Positions 1-8,881 of a stretch of 64,000 nucleotides of DNA are shown piece by piece (the first letter of the stretch is position 1; each line of letters begins with the position of its first letter). Source of the stretch: Candidatus Thorarchaeota archaeon (GTDB lineage: Archaea > Asgardarchaeota > Thorarchaeia > Thorarchaeales > Thorarchaeaceae). The translations under genes and the position numbers were made by a program. The DNA is taken from contig JBHIAE010000006.1 in the NCBI GenBank assembly GCA_046758445.1, positions 1 to 64,000 on the forward strand, read 5' to 3'. The notes below the pieces were generated by a model. That model saw only the letters and a program-made list of their open reading frames with translations. It was not told the DNA's origin and did no database searches.

Positions 1-1009
1 GATCCTAGGGGAGTTCAGATTTCTCAACACCCGGAAGGGATTCACCAAGCTTCTCGGGGTCATTGGAGCAAGACCAGCCAAGGCGGTCATTGAGAGCACT
101 GGAAACCTGTGGCTCAGGCTGTTCCTGACTCTGGAGAAGAATGGTGTGGAGGTCATCCTCTCCAATCCCTCGAAGACGAAGGCGATTGCTGAGGCCAGAC
201 TGAAGAGTGACAAGGTTGATGCTGCCATGCTCGCAGACCTGTTGAGGGCTGACCTGGTGGCTCCGTGCTATGTGCCCCCTGCCGAATTGAGAGATGTCCG
301 TGAGCTGACTCGTGTGAGGATGAACCCGGTGAGGGATAGGGCTAGAGTCAAGAATCGAATCCACGCGCTCCTTGACAGGTGTGATGTTCCACGATATCCC
401 GGAAGCACTCTGTGGGGGAAGGCTGGCATCAAGTGGCTGAACGCCTTAGAGCTGCCCACAGCTGAAGGCTTCATCCTACAGACCTATCTCAGTCAGATCG
501 ATGCCCTCACCAGACTCGTAGAGGATGTGGAGGAAACCATTGCTCAGATTGCTGTGGAGGACGAGAGGGTCAGGCTCCTGATGACCATTCCCGGAGTCGA
601 CTACTATGTTGCCATGCTGTTTGTCAGTGAGATTGGTGACATAGACAGGTTCCCGAGATCAAGCAAGCTCACCAGTTGGCTTGGTCTTGCACCGAGGGTC
701 AGTCAGAGCGGGGAGAAGTGCTATAATGGAGCCATCACCAAGATGGGCTCTCCAAGGGTCAGATAGGCACTGGTTCAGGTGGCTCACTCAGGAGTGAGAT
801 ACGATGATCACTTCCAGAAGAATTCCAGGAGGATAAACGAGAGAAGAGGCAAGTCCAAGGTCTATGTGGCTGTCGCAAGAGAGATTGCTGTGGCGTGTTT
901 TCACATGCTGAAGAAGCGAGAGCCATACAGGTTCATGAAAGATGAGCTCGTGAAGACAAAGTATAAGAGATTGGAGAAGGTAGCAAATAGCCCTCTATGC
1001 GCTGGATAG
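1..1009 (+). pseudogene. IS110-family transposase (5' end outside window), interrupted by in-frame TAG at 764-766
   Basis: Frame open from nt 2 (VIESTG, KSDKVDA DEDD-type motifs), then TIPGVD, WLGLAP..SQSG, G.ITKMGS. ORFs 146-766 and 779-1009 share a frame: GSPRVR*ALVQVAH, where the family typically has W. Confidence 0.9.
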
Positions 1010-1060
1010 TTCCGACACATCTGGACCTTCGGTCCTGTGACTGTCAGCGGTTTTTCATGG
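1..1060 (+). mobile_element. IS110-family insertion sequence, right part
   Basis: Transposase plus short non-coding end with GGAC-cTTCG-GTCC hairpin (1023-1035) and TTTTTCATGG near 1051-1060. Exact end is inferred. Confidence 0.7.
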
Positions 1061-1092
1061 AAGCTTAAATCGTCCCTTCCAGACATAGGGGC

Positions 1093-1398
1093 ATGACAGC
1101 ACTACAAGATGTACGGAACCGCGTTCAGAGGGCTCTTGAGAGGGCCAAGAAACGCGATGGGCCACTTGATTTTCGCGGCATTTCGGTGAAGCAGATCACA
1201 GACCCCGATGACTTCTCCGTGAGGTTCCTCGTGACGAAGGACTCAGGCATCATTGATGATGAACTGAAGAGGGAGTTCGGCTCCGTGTTGGACATTGCCT
1301 GCTCTGAAACCGATGGTCTTCCAGAGGATGAGGGCGTCTGGTCTGACGAGAACGGCTTCCACGAGTACGCGGCAATCGTAGGACTTCTCTACTTTTAG
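1093..1398 (+). CDS. hypothetical protein
   Basis: 101-aa ATG ORF, protein-like composition, TATA-like CTTAAA upstream. Confidence 0.6.
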   Translation: MTALQDVRNRVQRALERAKKRDGPLDFRGISVKQITDPDDFSVRFLVTKDSGIIDDELKREFGSVLDIACSETDGLPEDEGVWSDENGFHEYAAIVGLLYF

Positions 1399-1536
1399 TC
1401 CTGATTAACAAAAATCGACGTAAAAACAACGAAAACCATGCAAGAAGCCGTCTTGGGTGCGAAGAGAGGAAAAGAAAGGAATGATGTCGACTGGTGTACG
1501 ACTCAACGTTACTAGGATTAGCCGCGAAGAGAGAGA

Positions 1537-1612
1537 TGGTAGCCCCGCCAGGACTCGAACCTGGGTCCAGCGGGCCAGAACCGCTGATGCTTGACCGCTA
1601 CACCACGGGGCT
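1537..1612 (-). tRNA. tRNA-Gln(CTG), CCA encoded
   Basis: Reverse complement AGCCCCG-TGGTGTAGCGGTCAAGCAT-CAGCGG-TTCTGGC-CCGCTG-GAC-CCAGG-TTCGAGT-CCTGG-CGGGGCT-A-CCA forms a cloverleaf with anticodon CTG. Confidence 0.97.
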
Positions 1613-1769
1613 TTTACTTCGAAACAACCGCCTCGAGTCTACGGCACTCTGGGAGCCCCAAATTACCTTTTCGGTCAAATTCCTGTTTCCTTGAGCAGCT
1701 TGAACGGTATAGATGACTGGCTAACCGGACGGACATAGCTCTGCGATTGATCCACTCTGCTTCTGTTCT

Positions 1770-2678
1770 CTATATACCAATCTTGAATATGATAGCATCG
1801 CGAAGCATTCTCTGCATCATCCGAAGGAGGTTCTTCCCCTCTGTGGCAATGGTTGGAAACACTGGATACCCTTCCAAATCCAGCATCTGAATCATACGAT
1901 CGACGGGCATGGCATTGGGAAGGTCTCTCTTGTTGAGCGACACAATGACTGGGAGTGTTGCCATTCTGTCCGTTCCCAACGCGATGCGTAGCTCCTGAAT
2001 GGAGGCCAAGTTCTCATTCATCATCTCAGGTGCAGAGTCAGCCATGAATATCAGGCCGTCAACACCTCTGAGGACATTGATTCGTTGTGTAGCATGTCTT
2101 CGCTGTCCAGCAACTGTAAAGACATCAAAGACAATTCGTTCGCCTGCAGAAACTGGAATGAAGTCGAAGTAGGTGGTTCGTCCGAGCTCATCAGATATCT
2201 CAACAATCCTACCTTTGGACAAGGCTCGAACGTTGGCAAACAACCATCTCAACGCGGTCGTCTTGCCAGAGAGAGACGGCCCGTAAAAGACAATCTTGAT
2301 GCGAATGCGACCTTCTTCGTCACGACGTAGGTCCACTCCGGGAACTATCTCAGTCACGCGTCTGGGATGTATCCGGGCAGCCTTCGCAATGTTGGAGGTT
2401 GCCTCCGCATCAATCCTTAGTTCAGCAGAGGATGCAATGAGGGTTCCTGCGGGGATCGGTTCACGCCTACCAACTCTGGGCGTTTCACGTGGGGCCCGAA
2501 ATGGCTCGCCAGGCTCGGTAGAAACAGCTTCGGGGGGCGTTGTTTCCCGCGGTAATGTTGTTACCTTGGCTGCATGCTCATCGCTAACGCCGGGGGCCGC
2601 TTCTGGACGCTCTTCTTTTTCAGGCTCTTCCTTCTTCGCTCGCCTAAATCGCGACCTTAGCCTCCTAAGCATCGGCAA
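1770..2678 (-). CDS. MglA-family small GTPase with N-terminal basic/low-complexity extension
   Basis: KIVFYGPSLSGKTT, GRTTYFDF, TVAGQ, LRGVDGLIFMADS, NKRDL are MglA signature motifs. Confidence 0.88.
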   Translation of the reverse strand: MPMLRRLRSRFRRAKKEEPEKEERPEAAPGVSDEHAAKVTTLPRETTPPEAVSTEPGEPFRAPRETPRVGRREPIPAGTLIASSAELRIDAEATSNIAKAARIHPRRVTEIVPGVDLRRDEEGRIRIKIVFYGPSLSGKTTALRWLFANVRALSKGRIVEISDELGRTTYFDFIPVSAGERIVFDVFTVAGQRRHATQRINVLRGVDGLIFMADSAPEMMNENLASIQELRIALGTDRMATLPVIVSLNKRDLPNAMPVDRMIQMLDLEGYPVFPTIATEGKNLLRMMQRMLRDAIIFKIGI

Positions 2679-2778
2679 CCGCTCTCTGAGGATTTAGGGA
2701 TATCTTGGCGGACTTAAATCTTGGGGGGATAATCTCCGCAGTGACCTTTATCTGATGGTGGTAGTTCGAGGGTCTACC

Positions 2779-3903
2779 ATGCCCGGAACCATAGATCACG
2801 ATTACATCCGACGAAACTTCCCCACACTTTCTGCGATGACGTATCTGAACAATGCGGCCACGGGTATCCCTCCCAAGTCAAGTGTTGATGCAATGACTCG
2901 ATTCCTGGATGACCGTATCAATGCACGAGGCGACATAGAGGACACAAACAGGACGCTAGATGAAGTTCGAGAACTACTCGCTAAGCTTCAGGGGGGTCAG
3001 GAAAGTGAGTACAGTCTACAGCCGAATACCTCCGCAGGAATCAACTCCTTTGCTCACAGCATAGAGTACCCGGAGCTCTCCAACGTTGTTCTCTGTGACC
3101 TAGAGTTTCCTGCAAACTACGTTCCATGGCAGAACGTCAGCAGACTAAATGGGGTTGAGCTGAGAATTGTCAAATCTAGGAATGGGGCTGCGTCGCTTGA
3201 TGCTTTCAGGGATCTCATTGATGAGAATACTAGAGTCCTTGTAGTCAGCCAAGTACAGTTCGGTTCGGGCTTCCGGGTGGATCTTGGTGAGCTCGCGCGC
3301 GCTGTCCATGAAGTCGGCGGTTATCTTGCCGCAGATGTGATTCAGGCCATCGGATGGGCAGAAACTGACTTCAAGAAGGATAAGGTAGACTTCGCCGCAG
3401 GACACGCCGCAAAATGGTTGCTTGGACCCATTGGGGCTGGTTATCTCTACGTGGACAACAAAGTGATCGACCAGCTCACTCCGAGATTCCTAGGCTGGTG
3501 GGGTGTGGAGAAGATGGAAGACTTCACCTACTTCGATAGAGAACCTTTGCCTGATGCAAAGAAGTTCCAGATTGGTTCTCCTTCCGTTATAGGCTATGTC
3601 GGAATGCTCGAGTCCTTGAAGACGATAATGGAAATGCCTGCTGAAGTGCGGGAACAAGTGGCCATGAACAATGGTGACTATCTGAGGAAGAGGCTATCAG
3701 AGGAAGGAATAGACCACTATGATTTTGGGAAGAAGCATAACTCACCAATTGTGTCATGTGAACCAAGGAATGCTGAAGAACTAAACAAGAAGCTGACAAA
3801 GGAGAAGATACATTGCTCAGTGCGGAACGGGAGGCTTAGGGTGTCGCCACACTTTTACAATACGACAGAGGAGATAGACAGGCTCATGGAGCATCTGAGG
3901 TGA
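2779..3903 (+). CDS. class V PLP-dependent aminotransferase / cysteine desulfurase-like
   Basis: YLNNAATG, DLEFPAN, DVIQAIG, AAKWLLGP.G.G, LRVSPHFYNT. Confidence 0.9.
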   Translation: MPGTIDHDYIRRNFPTLSAMTYLNNAATGIPPKSSVDAMTRFLDDRINARGDIEDTNRTLDEVRELLAKLQGGQESEYSLQPNTSAGINSFAHSIEYPELSNVVLCDLEFPANYVPWQNVSRLNGVELRIVKSRNGAASLDAFRDLIDENTRVLVVSQVQFGSGFRVDLGELARAVHEVGGYLAADVIQAIGWAETDFKKDKVDFAAGHAAKWLLGPIGAGYLYVDNKVIDQLTPRFLGWWGVEKMEDFTYFDREPLPDAKKFQIGSPSVIGYVGMLESLKTIMEMPAEVREQVAMNNGDYLRKRLSEEGIDHYDFGKKHNSPIVSCEPRNAEELNKKLTKEKIHCSVRNGRLRVSPHFYNTTEEIDRLMEHLR

Positions 3904-3907
3904 TTCA

Positions 3908-4591
3908 TTGTTTCAACAAATAACGCAAGGTCTGTATTTCCTAGTGAGTAGATCTTTTGATTCCAATGTCGTATACATGGATGCTGGGGAGAAGCAGCTT
4001 CTCATAGACACAGGCACTGGCATCTATTCGGACAACTTGAACAGAGACCTTGAGAAGGTCGGTTCCTCTCTCCAATCAATCACAGACATCATTCTTACGC
4101 ATAGTCACATAGACCACATCGGCGGAGTCGCTCCAATAATGAACCTCGGAAGTCCGACACTACACCTCCACAAGACTGAGGGGGACATGATCAACTCTGG
4201 CGATATGCTTCTGACACTCTCCAACACCTTTGGTGTTGAGCTTCCGGAGATGAAGGTTGAGGGACTCCTTGAGGAGGGCGACGTTGTGAGTTTTGGTGAT
4301 ATGGACTTCAAGGTCTATAGCACTCCGGGCCACTCAATTGGGAGCATTTGTCTTCACATTGAAGACAAGGGGATCCTCATCACAGGTGACACAATGTTTC
4401 CTGGAGGGAGTTTCGGAAGAGTTGATTTCCCCACTGGAAGTCCTGGACAGCTGGTTGAATCTCTACGGCGAATCACTGAATGGGAATTCGAGATCGCGCT
4501 TCCTGGCCACATGGGTGCCATAATTGGGAATGCCAAAAGATCAGCCCAGATGTCCTATGAGATGGCCCAGAGCATGTTCAGACACTACTAA
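3908..4591 (+). CDS. MBL-fold metallo-hydrolase (glyoxalase II-like)
   Basis: LIDTG, THSHIDHIGG, TPGHS, TGDTMF, LPGH. Confidence 0.92.
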   Translation: MFQQITQGLYFLVSRSFDSNVVYMDAGEKQLLIDTGTGIYSDNLNRDLEKVGSSLQSITDIILTHSHIDHIGGVAPIMNLGSPTLHLHKTEGDMINSGDMLLTLSNTFGVELPEMKVEGLLEEGDVVSFGDMDFKVYSTPGHSIGSICLHIEDKGILITGDTMFPGGSFGRVDFPTGSPGQLVESLRRITEWEFEIALPGHMGAIIGNAKRSAQMSYEMAQSMFRHY

Positions 4592-5567
4592 TGGCCCTCT
4601 CGATTTCATCCACAGACAGAGAGGCTAGTTGCTCGCCGTCGGCGCCTAGCTTCACGAGCTTGGATTCGAGTGCCTTGACAAGGGCATAGACTGAGTCGCT
4701 CAGGGGTGTTTCTATTCCAAGCTCTCGAGCCAAGCGGATTACCTCTCCGGTAATTGCATCAATCTCAGTCTGTTTGCATAGGCGAATATCTTGAAGCATA
4801 GAGTTGATATTGTCCCCGGTGGCCTTGGCCGTACCAAGTGCATAGCGGATTGGATCGTCAGTGGTAAGTTCTATGTTGAGTGCTGAAGCGACCTCAACTG
4901 CTTCCCGAATGAGTTTGATCACGAGTTTCCTTAGGCGTGGGTCGTTGTAGATCTCCCCGTTGGTCAGGCCTGTCAACGCACCAATCGGATTGATACCGCA
5001 GTTCACGATAGTCTTGGTCCAGACAACTCCCTCAATGTTGTCTGAGGAACGTGCATCGAATCCTGCCTTTCTCAGGATGGATGTGACTCTCTCCACCATT
5101 TCCATATTCTCAGGGTAGTGAGAACCAATCTCTGTGATTCCAATTCCTGTTACAGTGACTTCTCCGGGCCCCGTCATTATGGCCCCCATACAGGTTGTCC
5201 CTCTAAGCACTCGGTTCGTTCCAAGTACCTCTGCAACCTTCTTTTCGGTCCCGATTCCGTTCTGAAGCACAAGAACCGACGCACCATTGTCCACGAGATG
5301 TTGTATTCTGCTGGCCGCCTCCACGGAGTCATAGGCCTTGGTGGTGATTAGGACAAGTTCAGCCTCATCGACCTCAGAAGGATTCTGCGTGGCTTTCAAG
5401 TTTAGAGTGTGCTCACCTAGGACTCCCTTGATTTTCAAACCATTCCTGTTGACGGCGTCGACGTATGGCTTTCTGCCTACAAGCAGGACTACATCTTCTC
5501 CTGCATGGCTCAATAGTCCGCCATAGAGGCTGCCTATAGCCCCTGAGCCCATTATCACGATTCTCAT
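4578..5567 (-). CDS. panE: 2-dehydropantoate 2-reductase
   Basis: MGSGAIG, TKAYD, LQNG, WTKTIVNCGINP, NSMLQD, TEIDAITG; in operon with PPS and PoK. Confidence 0.95.
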   Translation of the reverse strand: MRIVIMGSGAIGSLYGGLLSHAGEDVVLLVGRKPYVDAVNRNGLKIKGVLGEHTLNLKATQNPSEVDEAELVLITTKAYDSVEAASRIQHLVDNGASVLVLQNGIGTEKKVAEVLGTNRVLRGTTCMGAIMTGPGEVTVTGIGITEIGSHYPENMEMVERVTSILRKAGFDARSSDNIEGVVWTKTIVNCGINPIGALTGLTNGEIYNDPRLRKLVIKLIREAVEVASALNIELTTDDPIRYALGTAKATGDNINSMLQDIRLCKQTEIDAITGEVIRLARELGIETPLSDSVYALVKALESKLVKLGADGEQLASLSVDEIERAISSV

Positions 5568-6343
5568 GCAATATCCCCCTTCATAGATTGAGATGAGAGA
5601 TGGTCAATCATCAGTGCAAGAGCCTGCTTCAGATTGACGATGTTGTCAAAGCTTGAGACTGTGTTGCGCAGCCTTTCTTTGGGCCACGTCTGCATCTCTC
5701 GGGAATATTCGACCATGAGAGGAAGGGTCCTGACAACGTTGTCAACAATTGTGATATTCGAGAAAATAGAAGTCCGCGACAATGGATTCAGATCAATTGT
5801 GACAACAAACTTGTCCATGGCTCTCAGCGCCTCTGTCCGATCGCCATCTTCAAGCGGAACCAGAACCAAATCGGCCTTGGCAATCCCTTCTGAGTCAACT
5901 TTTCTTCTGTTACTGCTTAGTTCGGGGATTGTTTCAGACGCTCTATCGCTTGTGCCAAGAATCTCTTCAGCTCCGGCCTCTCTGAGTGCCTCCGCGATCG
6001 CCCTCTCACGTTCGGGTCTATAATAGAACAGGTTGATCTCAAGAGGAGCCCCAGTCAATTCAGAGAGCATCACGAGGTCTTCTGGAACCAGAGCGCAAAC
6101 GTTCCCGTTGACGCTAATGACAGGGTGGTCGGCCAATAGGATTGCAGCAACTGCAGCTCTGCAGGCACTCTTCGCATGTTCGTTAGTCCGCTCACCAATC
6201 AGGTAGTCAAAGGCCTCTCCACGACCGTGGGCTAGAAGTCCTGCTGTTGCAACGACATTGGCTTCATGTCCCTCGATGATTCGCTCTCGGATGTCGAGTG
6301 AGTCCTTGCGCGGGTGATCAGCTGGCACATGAGTCTTAGTCAA
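5564..6343 (-). CDS. 4-phosphopantoate--beta-alanine ligase (phosphopantothenate synthetase)
   Basis: AHGRGEAFDYLIGE, VISVNGN, VPLEDGDR, IDLNPLSRT. Confidence 0.96.
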   Translation of the reverse strand: MTKTHVPADHPRKDSLDIRERIIEGHEANVVATAGLLAHGRGEAFDYLIGERTNEHAKSACRAAVAAILLADHPVISVNGNVCALVPEDLVMLSELTGAPLEINLFYYRPERERAIAEALREAGAEEILGTSDRASETIPELSSNRRKVDSEGIAKADLVLVPLEDGDRTEALRAMDKFVVTIDLNPLSRTSIFSNITIVDNVVRTLPLMVEYSREMQTWPKERLRNTVSSFDNIVNLKQALALMIDHLSSQSMKGDIA

Positions 6344-7282
6344 CTAGACCAGCCTCCCACCATTGTCAGAGATTGACGACAAGAGTATCTCAGATCGATC
6401 CCAACGCTCGGCAAGAATGTCCGCCGCCCGTTGCGAGGCCCCTGGTTCACTTAAGCAAAACACCGAATCGCCAATCATTACCATACTTGCATCGTTGAAA
6501 CCTTGCGACTCAAGGTCATCTAAAGAACTCCTGACACGAGGCGTCATGAGATTGGTCGCAAGCGCAAACTCTCTTGAACTTGAGATGAATCGTTCGACTG
6601 AGGGGTCTTGTATCAGTTCACTCATCAGACCGTCAGCAGCCTTGATTATCCTCTCTCGGTGAGTCTTGTCTGAAAGAACACTCCGAGTTTCTAGGCCAGG
6701 TGCTCCAGCAAGTACTACCTGAAGGTCTTCTGGAACTGGGATATTGACGACCTTCCCGATTCCCGGAGCGCCAGGACGGATACGTATCTCCATCCCTCCT
6801 GCAGTCTGAGCAATGACGTCTCCTAGCCCCGTACGATTCACGACCTCGGCATAGTGAGCATGCGATGCGGTACTTTGAATGTCATCGCTCCGACCCAGTA
6901 GATGCGACAATGCGAGAGCCGTACCCAGAGCACCAGCTCCTGAAGCACCAAATCCAACTCCAATCGGAAGAGAGGACTCATGCTTCACGTTAATCCTATA
7001 TTCTGAGTCTTTGCCTTCCAGCAATCTCCGAATCACCGTCACTGTTACTGGCGCATCTATCTTGGAATCGTTGTACTCTACCGAGATCTCGAGGAATGGG
7101 TTCTCCTCAAGTTTCACAGTTGTTGTAGTACCTGCGGCGAAGCAGAACCCGGCTCCTGTGGAACCACAGTGGAGTGGGTTTTCATGGCTGTCATGAATCC
7201 TAAAGATTCCCGTCACGTGTCCGGGCACATACGCACGAGCACTACGTGGCTTCTTCTCTACCTGTGAACTCAAGGTGTTCAT
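6344..7282 (-). CDS. pantoate kinase (GHMP family)
   Basis: PGHVTGIF, GSTGAG, LPIGVGFGASGA, AHYAEV..TGLGDV, PGAPG; start codon uncertain. Confidence 0.93.
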   Translation of the reverse strand: MNTLSSQVEKKPRSARAYVPGHVTGIFRIHDSHENPLHCGSTGAGFCFAAGTTTTVKLEENPFLEISVEYNDSKIDAPVTVTVIRRLLEGKDSEYRINVKHESSLPIGVGFGASGAGALGTALALSHLLGRSDDIQSTASHAHYAEVVNRTGLGDVIAQTAGGMEIRIRPGAPGIGKVVNIPVPEDLQVVLAGAPGLETRSVLSDKTHRERIIKAADGLMSELIQDPSVERFISSSREFALATNLMTPRVRSSLDDLESQGFNDASMVMIGDSVFCLSEPGASQRAADILAERWDRSEILLSSISDNGGRLV

Positions 7283-7345
7283 CCGTGAGGTCTTCTTCGT
7301 AGTTATATAAGCTTCCAACAAAAAATACGTATGCGTATATACAAG

Positions 7346-8593
7346 TCAAACTCGTGGGTCCTTCTGAAGTTGCGGGAGCCCTGTAACGAGATACTCGAGT
7401 TTATCGAGGATTGACAGTCCACGTTCCAAAGCGATGTCAAGAGCCAATTCCAAGGCATGAAATGAGGTAGTGCCCGACAGATAATGAAGCACAATGTCAC
7501 TGCGTTCGCTGTCTTCCCAGTATATGGAGTCGATGAAGTGTATGATGGCACGAGTTGCTGGCTCACTCTCATCCTCAGAAAGAGCCTTCAGGACCAATTC
7601 GTGGATTGGATGGAAGTATTCGTATTCTGAAACGTCGAAAAATGTCTGGAGCACTCTGACAAGCAGGTCAGTACGCTGAGGGAGTCTAGATTCAACAAGT
7701 GCCTTCACGGCCGAAGGATATAGCATGTAGAACTGAGACTCCTCTTCAATCTCTTCTATGAGAGGGGAGCTGGGTTTCTTACTAGTAGGGCTAGTTACGT
7801 GCTTTACTACTTCTTTGCAAGAGATAAACCCGGATGATAGAAGGACTTCAGCATCTTCTGGCCCTATCTGACTCATATAGAAACGCATTGCTGCTCTCGC
7901 AAGGTCAGCAAGTCTCTGCGACACTCTTGGGTACCAGTCATATGACCCATCAGGCGGGTCTTGGGGGTATTCTGGAACTTTGAAGGTCATGTCCTCTTCT
8001 AGCTCGGTCAAGGCAGGTAGAACATGGTTTTTCAAGTCTTGGTCATTGGCTAGAAAGCTCACCAAAGGCAGACTCCTAATGAGGGAGAACCCGTATGCTG
8101 TGAGTATCAGGGGCGACAGGTCTGTGAGTGTTCCGTCTACAAAGCCTCCACCATTCGCAATGGATGACAAGGCCGATTCAAGCTCAGATCGCCGGGCCTC
8201 TGCTATGTCTGAGATCAGAGTGCCTGTAGGACGAGTTTCCATTCTAGCTGTGTCTAGGAAGAGGGTCGAACCCCCGTTTTGCACCTGTTGGCGAACCTTG
8301 TCGATCATCGCCTTCTGTACAGCATTTGACAAGTTGACGGGATCTTTGGTGTCGTCAATCGAGTCAAGCACATCCAAGACATCTCCATCATATCCGATGA
8401 GCTCCTCAAGGTCGAAGAGTGAAAACACTGTCCGGTTGGTGTAATACCAACCAGAGCCTCGAGCTGCCTCCCTTAGCTTCTCTCGGGTTTCATTCCAACC
8501 CGAGCTCTGTACAGTGGATATGACGGCTTCTCGAAGCCTTGCAGAGTTCTGATACCAAAACAGAGTGACAAGGTCTTGAGAGATGTCCGTCAT
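7346..8593 (-). CDS. hypothetical protein, helical, possible C-terminal HEAT-like repeats
   Basis: 415-aa ATG ORF; no catalytic motif recognised. Confidence 0.7.
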   Translation of the reverse strand: MTDISQDLVTLFWYQNSARLREAVISTVQSSGWNETREKLREAARGSGWYYTNRTVFSLFDLEELIGYDGDVLDVLDSIDDTKDPVNLSNAVQKAMIDKVRQQVQNGGSTLFLDTARMETRPTGTLISDIAEARRSELESALSSIANGGGFVDGTLTDLSPLILTAYGFSLIRSLPLVSFLANDQDLKNHVLPALTELEEDMTFKVPEYPQDPPDGSYDWYPRVSQRLADLARAAMRFYMSQIGPEDAEVLLSSGFISCKEVVKHVTSPTSKKPSSPLIEEIEEESQFYMLYPSAVKALVESRLPQRTDLLVRVLQTFFDVSEYEYFHPIHELVLKALSEDESEPATRAIIHFIDSIYWEDSERSDIVLHYLSGTTSFHALELALDIALERGLSILDKLEYLVTGLPQLQKDPRV

Positions 8594-8881
8594 TGATACC
8601 CCAATAAATCATTGTTCTGACCAAGTGATTCAAGCACTTCTTGACCTTGTTTTTCAAGTCTGGTGCCTCAGCCAGCTCCTTCTATGAGAAGGTATTTGAT
8701 GCTGGATGACGTGTATCCAAATGTCCAAGAGCACTAGTTTGGCTCCTTTCAGCTTATGCGCTAGGATTGACCAAGTATATCTGATGTAAGTCTTCTCCAG
8801 CATATGGCCATGCTAAGGCCCCTGAATCGACTTTGAAAATCATTAAAATCCCTCAGCTTAGAGAGATAACTGAAAGCTAAC

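Noticed and set aside
1494-1694. 66-aa ORF (MVAPPGLEPGSSGPEP...)
   Set aside because: Antisense shadow of the tRNA-Gln gene.
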